NCBI RefSeq assembly: GCF_006345805.1
Contig: NC_043004.1
Location: forward strand, 12,028,001-12,092,000
Reading direction: 5' to 3'
DNA from: Octopus sinensis
Lineage: Eukaryota
Length of the DNA stretch: 64,000 nt
Of this stretch, positions 36,828 to 49,555 are shown in pieces (the first letter of the stretch is position 1; every line of letters starts with the position of its first letter). The translations under genes and the position numbers were made by a program. The notes under the pieces are model-generated. The model was not told the origin of the DNA. It did no database searches and saw only the letters and a list, made by a program, of their open reading frames with translations.

Positions 36828-36984
36828 GGTATATTAGATCACAGATGACGAAATCTTTAGTATGTTGTGCTGTCACCATTCATTTCGAGGGTGACAATGT
36901 AGAGGTGGTGGCAGTAGCAGTGATCACTTTGGTCAACTTTGGAATACTTGCAGTAGGTAGAACGAAATGTAGGACTTTGTTGAC

Positions 36985-37240
36985 AGAGATTCTTGAGCAA
37001 AACACTTTATTTCACGTTGCTCCAGTTCACTCAGCTGTAGAAATGTGTTGCGATGTCACAGGTGCCAGGCTGTATTGGCCTTTGACTTTTCCTTGGATAA
37101 CACTGGTGGTGTGGAGAGGGGAGGGCAGTAAGCATGGTTGACTGCTGGTCTTCCATAAACAGCCTTGCCCAGACTTGTGCCTGGGAGGGTAACTTTCTAG
37201 GTGCAATCCCACGGTCAGTCATGACCGAAGGGGGTCTCAG
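36985..37240 (+). mobile_element. SINE family F, 5'-truncated
   Basis: ttgagcaaaacactttatttcacgttgctccagttcactcagctgtagaaatg...catgaccgaagggggtctc. Confidence 0.82.
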
Positions 37241-37609
37241 CAGCATATATATATATATATACGATGGGCTTCTTTCAGTGCCCTTCTACCAAATCCACTC
37301 GCAAGGTTTTGGTCAGCCCAGGGCTATAGTAGAAGACCAAAGTGCCACGCAGTGGGACTGAACCAGGAACCGTATGGTTGGGAAGCAAGCTTCTTACCAC
37401 ACAGCCACTTCTGCAGCTATGAGTTTACTTATTGTTTACTTTTGGATGACATTGTAGGGTAGGTGTGAGAGGCTGGATCTGGCCAGTTTGAACATAAACC
37501 AGGTAGAATATTTCGGCCGAATATGGCCACTTTAAATGCTAATGGGTTAAGACTACATTTCCTGATGTTCCCTTTTTTTTTTTTTTAATACTGTATGATG
37601 TGCTTTCAG

Positions 37610-37635
37610 GAAGATTGCGGTACTATTTCATGCAA
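37610..37635 (+). CDS. Candidate 26-nt exon
   Basis: Long T-tract upstream, acceptor gtgctttcag and donor CAA|gtcagt. All three frames are open across 26 nt. Confidence 0.2.
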
Positions 37636-38067
37636 GTCAGTCACCAACACACCATATAGTTTTACTTGCTCTGCTGCCTCAATCAGGTTTCTGTTTCCTC
37701 TTGGTGATGATGATGATGATGTTGATGGTTTTCAGGGTGGCAATGGTGAGGGTTGCTCTTGCTGCTGCTGCTGGTGCTGATGGTGCTGCTGCAGTCACTA
37801 CTATCAGTGCAAAATACAATTGTTTTCCATGTATTATGTCATGTCATGTCGTTGTTTTTTGTTTTTGTTCTTTTTATTTTTCTCATTTTACATTCTCATC
37901 ATTGCATGGTTGTTGTTGTTGTTGTTGTTGTTTCACATTGTCAAAATTGATTTCGGTTCCTTAATTTGTCTGGGGATGTTGAGAATTCTTCCGATTGAAG
38001 CTTGTTAATAAACAAGACGCTATTAACATGGCCGATACAAACCAGTGTTGATTGTTACATGCAGTAT

Positions 38068-38420
38068 TCGCAACAGTCTTCTTCTTCTTCTTCTTCTTCT
38101 TCTTCTTCTTCTTCTTCTTCTTCTCTTTGCTTTCTTCTTCTTCTTCTTCTTCCTTTGCTTTCTTCTTCTTCTTCTTCTTCTCCTCTCTTCTCTTCTCCAT
38201 CTTCTTCTTCTTCTCGTTCTTCTTCTTCTTCTCCTTCTTTTTCTTCTTCTTCCTCTTCTTCTTCTTCTCTTCTCTCCTCTCTTCTCTTCTCCTTCTTGTT
38301 CTTGTTGTTCTTGTTCTTCTTATTCTTGTTCTTGTTCTTCTCCCTCTCCTTCTTCTTCTCCCTCTTCTTCTTCTTCTTCTTCTTCTCCTCTCTCTCTTCC
38401 TCTTCTTCTTCTTCTTCTTT
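38068..38420. repeat. About 350-bp polypyrimidine (CTT)n tract
   Basis: It explains the poly-S/L/F/E/K ORFs at 38002-38597. Confidence 0.97.
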
Positions 38421-38779
38421 CAAGCCTACTTCTCCCTTCTCTATCCTCCTCCTCCTCCACCACCACCTACCCTCCCCATCCTCATCGTCATCTTCATCAT
38501 CATTATTGCAACAGCAGCAACTGTACAATAATGGTAATAGTAACATGTAGTTAGTTACCAATAACAACAACAACAACAACAACAACAAATACAACATCCC
38601 TCCTGATAATAGTAGCCATTATCATTATTATCATTATTAGCAGTAGCAGTAGTAGTACTATATACCTTGTATACATTGGTTTTCCATATGTCCTTTATAT
38701 GTTTTCCATATCCGAGTCTGTATTCTCATAATCTGTCCTTGGAATATTCTTGTTCATCCGTTGCCCTCTTGGCAAATAA

Positions 38780-38859
38780 ATTGAATCATCATAACCATCA
38801 TCAACATCATCATCATCATTATTATCATCATTATCATCATCATCATCATCATCATCGTT

Positions 38860-38897
<38 letters not shown>

Positions 38898-38929
38898 TAT
38901 CATCATCATCATCATTATTATAGTTATTA

Positions 38930-38981
<52 letters not shown>

Positions 38982-39000
38982 CATTATTATTATCATTATA
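38780..39000. repeat. (CAT)n followed by (TAT)n compound microsatellite
   Basis: It explains the poly-H/Y/M/I ORFs. Confidence 0.97.
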
Positions 39001-39172
39001 AGTAATATGAACATTAACATGAACATTAATAAACAGAATATCAACAACAATGTTTATTATGAAATGGACTCGTTACATATTTGTTAATAACATTTCTAAA
39101 TATTTATATATTTATGTTTGTTCTGTAATCCAATTTGCTTTCAATTTACATATATTTCATTCTGTTTTGTAG

Positions 39173-39210
39173 GTAAGTCATTTGTGAATACTGTTTGCTG
39201 AAAGACGAGT
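39173..39210 (+). promoter_or_regulatory. Candidate recursive splice site / non-coding RS-type exon
   Basis: Sequence is tttcattctgttttgtAG|GTAAGT...38 nt...|GTAAGT, with stops in all three frames. Confidence 0.35.
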
Positions 39211-39847
39211 GTAAGTTAAAATTTCAAATCTATTTTTATCACCATTCAAAAACCCAGAATTTAGCACTGCTGTATCATAGCAGCTTTTTTGTTTACAGGT
39301 CAAGAGGGTTTTCCATTCTTGGTATTTTTTTTAACAAGTTCTACTAAATTCTTTGGCACCAATATTCTGTTGAATTAATTCATATAAGTCATTTACCCCA
39401 ATTTCATAGTAAATGCATAGTCATCTGACTTGTTTATGTTTTTTTATGTCTGTCCAATTTTAATGTTTAACAATGTTTATGTTGGCAGATAAATTTCAAT
39501 ATCAAATAACATGCTACTGTCTTTCTTCTCTTAAGAATTTTCTGATTACCTCTTAAGATATTGGAACAAAGAACTTTAGCAATATGAATGCATTTATTAT
39601 TGTAAAAACTTCAAAATAAGAGACAAACATCTTGAAAGCTGAGAGGCTAAAATTCTAACCCCCTCTTCTTTTAACACTTTACCAAGCTATTTTGTTCCAT
39701 ATTTTTTTCTTTTTGAACCAGCAGTATAATTTTGTTATAAATTGGCACTATTTAATTTTTTCTAACCCTATATATGGTCTACTTCACTATATAAACTACC
39801 ATGATGACTTATAACATGAGTACCACCAGCAGTAAAATTGGTAAAAG

Positions 39848-40452
39848 AGACCTTTCAGTCATGACTGACCATGGGATTGCACCTAGAAAGTTCCCCTCCA
39901 AGGCACACATCAGGGCAAGGTTGTTTATGGAAGACCAGTAGTTGCCTGTACATACCAGCCTCCCCTTGATGTTATCCAAGGGAAAGGCAAAGGGGCCGAT
40001 ACAGCTTGGCACCAGTGACGTCGCAACTCATTTCTACAGCTGAGTGAACTGAAGCAAAATAAAGTGTCTTCCTTAGGAAAACAACACACAGCCTGGTCTG
40101 GGAATTAAACTCACAACCTTGTGATTGTGAGCCCGACACTCTAACCACTGAATTATATGCTTTGACCCTATAGGGTAAGGATAAAGACCCCTTCGGTCAT
40201 GAATGACCATGGGACTGCAGTTAGAAAGTTACCCTCTGAGGTACATGTCAGGGCAAGGTTGTTTATGGAAGACCAGCAGTCACCCATGCAGACCAGCCCC
40301 CCACCTCTCCATACCACTGATGTTATGCAAGGAAAAGGCAAAGGTTGATAGAGCTTGGCATCAGTGATGTCACAACTCATTTCTACAGCTGAGTGAACTG
40401 GATCAATGTGAAATAAAGTGTCTTGCTCAAGAACACACCACACGGCTCAGTC
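39848..40452 (-). mobile_element. Two tandem SINE family F copies
   Basis: Copies at ~39848-40155 and ~40185-40452 in the same orientation. Confidence 0.85.
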
Positions 40453-40589
40453 CTGGAATGCCTCCGTCAGCAGTACTCATTCTGTCTTGCAGGAGCCATC
40501 ATTGATGCACATATTAACAAAGTGTTCAAATGTCCGATTTATTTATGATTTTTGTCTACATTTTTTTTCTTTTATTATTTTATTTCTTT

Positions 40590-40975
40590 TGGTCATCTGG
40601 CTGTGACCATGCTGGAGCACTGCCTTGCAGGGTTTTAGTCAAACAAATCGACCCCTAGGACTTGTTACTTAAGCGCAGTACTTATTCTATCGGTCTCTTT
40701 TACTGACCTGCTAAGTTACAGTGACATAAACACCCCAACACAAATTGTCAAATAGTGATTGGTGGGGTTGTGGGGGAGACCAACAAAGACACACATACAC
40801 ACACACATACAATGGGCTTCTTTCGGTTTCCATCTCCCAAATCCACTCCCAAGGCTTTGGTCAGCCTGAGGCTATTGTAGAAGACACTTGCCCAAAGTGC
40901 CATGCAGTGGAACTGAACCTGGAACCATGTGTTTGGGAATCAAGATTCTTAGCACCTCACCCATGCCTGTGCCTG
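40590..40975 (-). mobile_element. SINE family A, full length
   Basis: Reverse-complement head, microsatellite and tail. Confidence 0.85.
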
Positions 40976-41019
40976 GGTTATTTCATATAAGTTTTTCCGG
41001 TCTGTTTGTTTTTATGTAG

Positions 41020-41101
41020 GGCAGCACTCAATGATGGAGATGACTGTGGTTTGCATCCTTCTGATATTTGTGTTCCCTACATTTTCCTAAAATTCGAATA
41101 A
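41020..41101 (+). CDS. Candidate terminal coding exon
   Basis: Strong acceptor tctgtttgtttttatgtag, frame AALNDGDDCGLHPSDICVPYIFLKFE*, and AATAAA at 41155-41160. Confidence 0.3.
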
Positions 41102-41762
41102 TGAACTTTGACCCACAATAATGTTAGACACTACAAAAAAAAAAAAGAAAAACTAATAAAACCCATTACTATTCGGAATAGGAGTCACTAGTGACTCTTA
41201 TGATATAATAAAAATATAAATAACATGGAGCGTTATTGATGATACCCTTGGTAGTCAAAGTGTTAAAAGCCTACAGTTTTTGTGGCTGCAGTAAACCAGG
41301 AACCATTATTTGAGAGCCAATTGCTAGCATTTAGTAATGTTGATTAACATCTCTCACTTGACAATGGCCTTCTTTATGTGCTGGCATATCAGAAGCACTC
41401 TTTTAACCTTTCATGCCCTCGTTTCAATTAAGAATGCTTACACAAAATAAATAGAAATTATTTACCAAGGATGGGCTGTCATATGAAAAATTCGTCTTTC
41501 TGGGGTTTTTAGAAATAATAATAATAATATAATAATAATAATAACAATCCTTTCTACAAATGGCGCATGGCCTGAAATTTTTTGAGGAAGAGGATTAGCC
41601 AATTACATCAACCACAGTGTTTCACTGGTATTTATTTTACTGACCCCAAGGGATGAAAGGCGAAGCTGACCTTGGTGGAATTTGAACTCAGAACATAGTG
41701 GCTGATGAAATACCACTATGCATTTCACCTGGCATGATATCAATTCTGCCAGCTCACTGCCT

Positions 41763-41794
<32 letters not shown>

Positions 41795-42242
41795 AATGAG
41801 GGCAACAATGACAAAATAAACAGCAACAATGATTTTTCTAATTGGCAGAAAGCAAAATATTTTTCTGGGAATAGAACAATTGACTTGATGAGATCATCTT
41901 CACCATTATTTAACATCCAATTTTCCAAGCTGGCATGGGTCGGGCAGTTTGAGATGAACAGATGAGACTAAGGGTTGTGCCAAATTCAAATGTCTTATTT
42001 GGCATGATTTCTATAGTCCTTGCTAATGTCAAACAGTTCACAAAAGTGCTGGGTACTTTTTGTGTGATACCGACACTGGTTGGTCTCACCAAGTACCAGC
42101 AAAGCAAGATCCCCACCCTCAATTAAGTGAGGTATAGAACTGAGGTGTAAGAAATAAGGAAAGGAGGACAGGAACAAGTGTCTTGCTATAAAGAGATCAT
42201 CAGGAGTGCTTTTACAAAACCATACCACATCTCATATAGATT

Positions 42243-42475
42243 ACCTCTCCTCTTAATTAATTACGTTACAACTCTTTCAGTGACTTTCATAACCTGGTCC
42301 AGTAATTTGATGCCTCTGTAGTTATTTCTCTCTAAGGCATCTCCTTTATACTTGTAACAGCTGACTGTGGTGCTGCTACACTAAACTGTTAGGTGTGATA
42401 CCTCCCTGGGTGACTAGGCAGTATCCTACTCCACCACATATTTCAAGCATTTCAAAAGTAATTCCTGATTGACCA
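42243..42475 (-). mobile_element. RTE-clade LINE reverse transcriptase fragment (pseudogenised)
   Basis: Minus-strand translation is GQSGI..EMLEICGGVGYCLVT / CSSTTVSCYKYKGDALERNNYRGIKLLDQVMKVTERV. This matches the conserved K.KGD....NYRGI.LL RT motif; one frameshift is present. Confidence 0.88.
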
Positions 42476-42702
42476 GATATCTATAGTTTATATTTTATTT
42501 TGTATTATAATTTGTGAACAGCAGTGCTGGTGGTGTCATCTTGGACCAATGAGTGTCTCACTGCTTTTCTTATGGTGAGAAAGATGTATGACAAGGTGAT
42601 GTCCAATTCTATGCAGAACAACTAAGTCCAGGGCCTTCATTTTAAATATTTGTATCTTTGTTCATTATTATAAACGTAGGAGTGGCTTTATTCATTATAA
42701 TA

Positions 42703-42872
42703 GGCATAGGTGTGGCTGTGTGGTAAGTAGCTTGCTTACGAACCACATGGTTCTGGGTTCAATCGCACTGCGTGGCACCTTGGGAAGGTGTCTTCTACTA
42801 TAGCAGCCTCAGGCCGACCAAAACCTTGTGAGTGGATTTGGTAGGCGGAAACTGAAAAAAGCCCGTCATATA

Positions 42873-42948
<76 letters not shown>

Positions 42949-43156
42949 ATATGTTTATGTGTCTATGTTTGTCCCCACAACATCGCTTGACAACCAATGC
43001 TGGTGTGTTTACATCCCCGTAACCTAGCAGTTCGGCAAGAGAGACCTATAGAATAAGTACTAGGCTTACAAGGAATAACTTCTGGGGTCGATTTGCTCAA
43101 CTGAAGATGGTGCTTCAGCATGGCCACAGTCAAATGACTGAAACAAGTAAAAGAGT
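42703..43156 (+). mobile_element. SINE family A, full length
   Basis: Head, microsatellite and tail architecture. Confidence 0.9.
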
Positions 43157-43835
43157 ATATTAGCAGATCCATCCACCCATTTATCTTTCCATCCATCCAT
43201 CCATCCGTCCATCCATCCATGCATATGTAATATATTCTACTTTTAAGATATTTGGCCAACATTTCTCAAGATGCCACAAAAACAAGAAAAAAATAAAAAA
43301 ACTCTTTATCTTTTCACATCATACAAAACTTAAACAATTTTGTTGATTTCTGTTGTGTAACAGTATTAATGAGGATAAACATGCTGTAACAACTACTTAC
43401 TTGTGTGTGTGTGTGTGTGTGTGTGAGCATCAAGTGTTCAAACAGGTAACGAGGTAGCCATCCATACATGTGTACCTCGTCCATGCTAAGAAAAAAAAAA
43501 ATGGTTAAAAAACAGAGCTAGGAAGAAAAATTCTGCTTAATAATCACAAGAATCGTGATTGATGTGTTTTGAGCTTCAGATTGCTTTAATTAGCGATTTC
43601 ATTATTTATGTTTTACAAGAAAAATTTATTTTGCCTTGTTCCATCAGCGCCATTTCCACTACTCTTTCTTTCCCCCACCCCTTCTCTGTGTGTTTGTGTG
43701 TATGTAGGTATGTATGTATGTATATAGATGAATCTATTTATGTGTCTGTATAAGCACATACTTGTTAATACATGTGCACACACATTCTGGGTTGGAAGAG
43801 CTCTGTGTGTACATATATATGGGAGTGTGTGTGTG

Positions 43836-43870
<35 letters not shown>

Positions 43871-44344
43871 ATATATATTTATTCATACACACACTCGGCT
43901 GAGTGTTGTTGTGTATGTACTGTGTAACATAGTTACGTACATAGTTTGTTACGTAGTTATGTATATAGTTTTAAGTATGTACTTATGTATGTATGTATGT
44001 ATGTATGTACGTATGTACCCAGTGAAAATACATTTTTAACACCTTATCTTTTCAACACATTTTAGTAATGGGGAAATATAAAAAAAAAAGGTACCCCCTC
44101 CCCCAAATGAAGCAGTTTAGTTGTGTAAAATATGTGACTGAACAAAAAAGAAACGAAGTTTCAAAAAATTCTCATTACTTCACACATCCAAATATAAGCT
44201 CAAGAGAACATAACACACACACACACACGTACGTACACACACATGTACGCACACACACATATACACGTACATGTACAAGAGTTGCCTGTGACGTCTTCAA
44301 TTTTCACTACAGTGGTCTGTCTTTCTGTATGTGCATGTGTGCCG

Positions 44345-44788
44345 TCATCATCATCATTTGACGTCCGTTTTCCATGTTAGCATGGGTTGGACGGTTCAAC
44401 TGGGATCTGGGAAGCCAGGAGGCTGCACCAGACTCCAGTCTGATCTGACAGTGTTTCTACAGCTTGATGCCTTTCCTAATGCCAACCACGCTGACAGTGT
44501 AGTGGATGCTTTTGACATGTCACCGGCACAGGAGCCAGAGGAGGCTGGCAACGGCCACGATCGGTTGGTGCTTTTTACATGTCACTGGCACATAAGCCAG
44601 TCAAGGCGGCACTGGCATCAACCACGTTTGGACGATGCTTTTTATGTGCCACCAGCACAGGAATCACAACTACAATTTCCATTTGATTTTCATTTTGATG
44701 TTGATGTACTTGACTCAATAGGTCTCCTCAAGCACAGCAGGTCACCCTACACTCCAAGGTACTTTTGAATGAGCTGGGGCTGGTTATA

Positions 44789-44790
<2 letters not shown>
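44345..44790 (-). mobile_element. SINE family B, near full length
   Basis: (CAT)n tail, core and internal subrepeats. Confidence 0.85.
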
Positions 44791-44839
<49 letters not shown>

Positions 44840-44987
44840 TATAAAACTTCTTGTATAAGTTTTTACCGAATATGGTTCCTTTCCATACCAAAACTACTTG
44901 GTGAAATTTATTAATTATAATTAATAATGTTTTACCCTATATCTATAATATATATATATATATATAGATATATATATATATATATAG

Positions 44988-45019
<32 letters not shown>

Positions 45020-45577
45020 ATCATCACCACCATCATTTAGTGTCCATTTTCCATGCTGGCATGGGTTGGGCAGTTTGACTAGAGCTAGCAAATTGGATAG
45101 AGAACTGTACCAGGTCTCTATGACTGGCTACCCTTCCTAACATCAACTGCTTTACAGAGTAAACTGGATGCTTCTTACATGGCACCAACACTGGTGGCGC
45201 TAGGGGCTTTTTACATGGCACCAGCTTGAATACTTTTCTTTTTACATGAACTGACACAGATGCCTTTAACATGAATCAGCACACACACTTTCTATGTGGA
45301 CTGGCACCAAGGCTCTGGCAAAGTAAAAACTTCTTCAGCTAGGTGGGAAACATTTACAATTCTGCCATGGTGGGTAGATATATATAAAGAGTGTCCTCAC
45401 TAAATGTATATGCACTTTGAATGACTACAAATTTGGTATTTTTTAAAATACATTTTATTTTCAAAATTTAATAGCATCTACTGATTTTTTTTTTTAATGC
45501 TTCTTTCAAACCTAATGACCATTCTAGTACAAACATTACTGGTAACACAAAACAATAGAATTGCAAACATGAAGAAA

Positions 45578-45729
45578 CATAGGCGTAGGAGTCACTGTGT
45601 GGTAAGTAGCTTGCTTATGAACCACATGGTTCCGGGTTCAGTTCCACTGCAAGTGTCTTCTACTATAGCCTCGGGCCGACCAAAGCCTTGTGAGTGGATT
45701 TGGCAAACAGAAACTGAAAGAAGCCTGTC

Positions 45730-45773
<44 letters not shown>

Positions 45774-45939
45774 ATCAGCCTTTGCCTTTCCCTTGGATAA
45801 CATCGGTGGTGTGAAGTGGGGAGGCTGGTATGCATGGACAACTGCTGGTCTTCCATAAATAACCTTGCCTGGACTTGTGTCTCAGAGGGTAACTTTCTAG
45901 ATGCAATCACATGGTGGTCATTCGTGACCAAAGGGGGTC

Positions 45940-45978
<39 letters not shown>

Positions 45979-46150
45979 GCTTGAAAATCGATGCTGGTGT
46001 GTTTACGTCTCTGTAACTTAGCGATTCCGCAAAAGAGACCAATAGAATAAGTACTAGGCTTACAAAGAATAAGTCCTGGGGTCGATTTGCTCGACTAAAG
46101 GTGGTGCTCCAGCATGGCCACAGTCAACTGACTGAAACAAGTAAAAGAGT
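45578..46150 (+). mobile_element. SINE A with a 5'-truncated SINE F nested in its central (TA)n
   Basis: A head 45578-45733, F fragment ~45772-45943 flanked by (TA)n, A tail 45976-46150. Confidence 0.85.
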
Positions 46151-47693
46151 AAACATATCATTCAATATTCAAAGGAAATATGTAGTTGCTACCCTCAATT
46201 CATCAACTGTTACTGGTTTTGTACTGTAAACTGTATTTTTTAAGTATCCTCATAAAAAATCTCTAGTGGTGTGAGGTCCAGCTAACACAGAATGTGTTCT
46301 ATTAAATTGCTTTGTTCATGCCACCTATTTGGCAAAATCTCATCAAAACCCTTAATTACTATGGTTGTGCCAGGGTGCCCCTGATCACTGGAAATTAAAC
46401 TCCACATCTTCAAAGTTCTCAGAAATGCTAAGCATGACAGATTGTCCCATCTCCTTGTCCGTTCATGACCAACAAGCAACAAGTGTTTTTAATTATAATT
46501 CCTTACACAGCAAAAAATAAATAAGAATATAAAAGTCAAAATCTCAATTTTGCATAAAAATTCCTGTGAAAATCATCTAAAAATTTACTAAACACAACCC
46601 TCTTTGTGAATTACAGAGTAAACCAGTATCTCAGTTTCCATTACCAAATCCACTCACAAGGGTTTGGTCAGCCTGAGGCGTCATGTAGTGGGACTGAACC
46701 CAGAACCATATGGTTGAGAAGCGAATTTCTCATCACACACCCATGCTTGTGTCTCCTTCCACCAATATCAGGCATAAAGCAACACTTCCTTCTCTCAAAT
46801 GCCCTTCCTCACACACATGCACTTAGTTGAGGGGGCTTTCCCCTTTTCTTGTCCTTTACTTGTCTTGCATATTACTTGGCAACCTCGCTAATGTCAGTGG
46901 AAGAAAAAAAACCACACCCAGTATACACTGGTAAGTAGTCAGCATTCGGAAGGGCATCGTGCCATACAAAACCATGCCAAAACTGACATTTGATGTTAAT
47001 GCCGTTCTGCAGCTTGCCAGATCCTCTCAAAACGATCAAACGCATGCCAGCATGAAAAACAGACATTAAATAGTGATGACGATGGTTTTGTCCGTGAGTT
47101 GCACTGATGAGGATGTAAATATAACAAAACATGTGTCAACAGATGATAGATAAAAAGCAAGCCACCAATATGGAATAGATGTCTTTAACTATATTTGAAC
47201 CTGATGTGTGTCTATTCATTATACGCTAATTCAGATAATGGAACAAAACTATTTTTTCCATCATAAATATGTTACAGAATATTAAACTTTATCTAGATTT
47301 GACTGCTCACTCTTGTATATTTCTTCTCGCAAAACCAAAATATATAAAAAAAACACCCTGAAAAATTGGAATTGTTCCTATCATATAGAAATCGGTAGAT
47401 ACAGGAAAATGGTACCATGTGCAGGATACGTAAAATATATGATGTGTGTGTGTGTGTGTGTATTTTTTTTTAGTTATTTTGTACCAAAGTACTTTCAGTA
47501 CATTATTCTGAGAGTATCCTTCTAGTTCATTAACTCACACTTCAAAATATGTGTGAGTATATGCGTGCGGTTGCGGATATGCATGTGTGTGTGGGGCATA
47601 AGTGTGAGTGTTTGTGAACATGCATGTCTGTATGTGTGTCTGGGGGAGGGAGTATATGTGTGTTTCCAGATGTGTATGTGTGTATGTATACAT

Positions 47694-47732
<39 letters not shown>

Positions 47733-47992
47733 AATATATACACACACACTCACACATATATTTACACAAAATCATATATGCACGTACATGTATATAGTTT
47801 TTTGGGTGAATTCATGTTTACATATATTTATGTGTGCATGTGTGTGTGTGATTGAATGTGTGTATGTGTATATATATATATACACACACACATATATATA
47901 CACATGAATTCACCCAAAACTATATACATGCGCATGCATATATGCTTTATATACATATATATATATAATATGTGTGTGTGTGTGTGTGTATG

Positions 47993-48048
<56 letters not shown>

Positions 48049-48181
48049 TCGTTTACATATCAAGACATTGAATCATTGATTAAGTCAATGATTTCACTAG
48101 AAACATTTCTATAGAAAGTAAGTAATTGTGTCAAAAGCAATATGAGCGAAATGTGTTTGTGTGTATGTTTATACACACAAT

Positions 48182-48214
<33 letters not shown>

Positions 48215-48508
48215 ATATATCTGTGTGTGTATGTATACACTTATGTGCAGGTTTTGGCTTATATTATGCTACCGTACATACTATAATATTTCTTTTTATA
48301 TTGTTATATATTCTAAACTTTTGGTATATTTTAATTTATAAGGTTTTTCTGTTTGTTGTTTTGTTTTGTTCTTGTTTTTTTATCTTTCAAATATTGGCAA
48401 ATTTTCAAATTTCTGTCCCTTTCAATATATTTAAAAAAATTTTTTCTTCTTTACTTCTACCACACGTAAATTGTATATGTGGTTTTTGAGTGTTTTATTG
48501 GAATTATT

Positions 48509-48542
<34 letters not shown>

Positions 48543-48822
48543 TATCATTATTATTATTTTCATCGTCATCGTTATTATTAATATTATTATTCTTGTTGTT
48601 ATCATCATCATCGTCATCATAACCAGCATACTAATAATAATTATTATTATTTTGCATCTAAGTAGCAGAGCTTGTATATTGATATTGTATGGTTTATATT
48701 GAAAACTTCCACTATAGAATTCTAGTCCAATAATAATAATGATACTTAATTTTTGCTCAGAGTTGTGCAGCCTCCTAATGTATTTTGCGAATGCCATATA
48801 TGTATAGAGAGAGAGGTGTATG

Positions 48823-48861
<39 letters not shown>

Positions 48862-49139
48862 CGTAACTCCAGTTCTATTGTCAATCATTAACTGATACAT
48901 ACATATATATATATACATGTCTGTATACATGTATATACACATACATATACAGTCATGTAAGTATGATTGTCATCATGATCATCATAACGTCCACTTTTTT
49001 GCTTAAGTCAGACTGAATTCGTTGACACTGATTTTCTGCAGTTGGATGCTCTTCCAGTCTTCAAAACTCGCTTGTTTTGAAGTAAAGTATAGATTTCCAT
49101 GACTGGTTTCATGGAAGATTGGAAATCAATGTTAGCATT

Positions 49140-49555
49140 ATCGGTGCAGGTATAACTATGTGGTGAGAAGCCTGCTTTCTAACCACATGGTTCCAGGTTC
49201 AGTCCCTCTGCAGGGCACCTTGGGCAGGTGTCTTCTTCTATAGCATCAGGCCAACAAAAGCCTTGTGAGTAGATTTGGTAGACAGAAACTGAAAGAATCC
49301 CATTGTATGTATTGATATATATATATATATGTGTGTCTTGTATCTGTGCTTGTTCCACTACCACCACTTCACTACCAGAGTCGGTGTGTTTATGTCCCCG
49401 TAACTTAGCAGTTTGGTGAAAGTGACTGATAAAATAAGTATCAGGCTTAACAAAAGAATAAGTAGTGGGGTTGATTCATTCGAATAAAAATCCTTCAAAG
49501 CAGTGCTCCAGCATGGCAACAGTCTAACGACTGAAATAAGTAAAGGAATAAAAGA
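49140..49555 (+). mobile_element. SINE family A, full length
   Basis: Head, microsatellite and tail architecture. Confidence 0.85.

Noticed and set aside
38002-38597. Long acidic/basic or Ser-rich protein ORFs of 159-182 aa
   Set aside because: They are entirely due to the (CTT)n tract, which is open in several frames on both strands.
46282-46482. ORF with GHPGTTIVIKGFDE, reminiscent of a GHKL ATPase motif
   Set aside because: It is a single short motif with weak splice donors and no other GHKL motifs.
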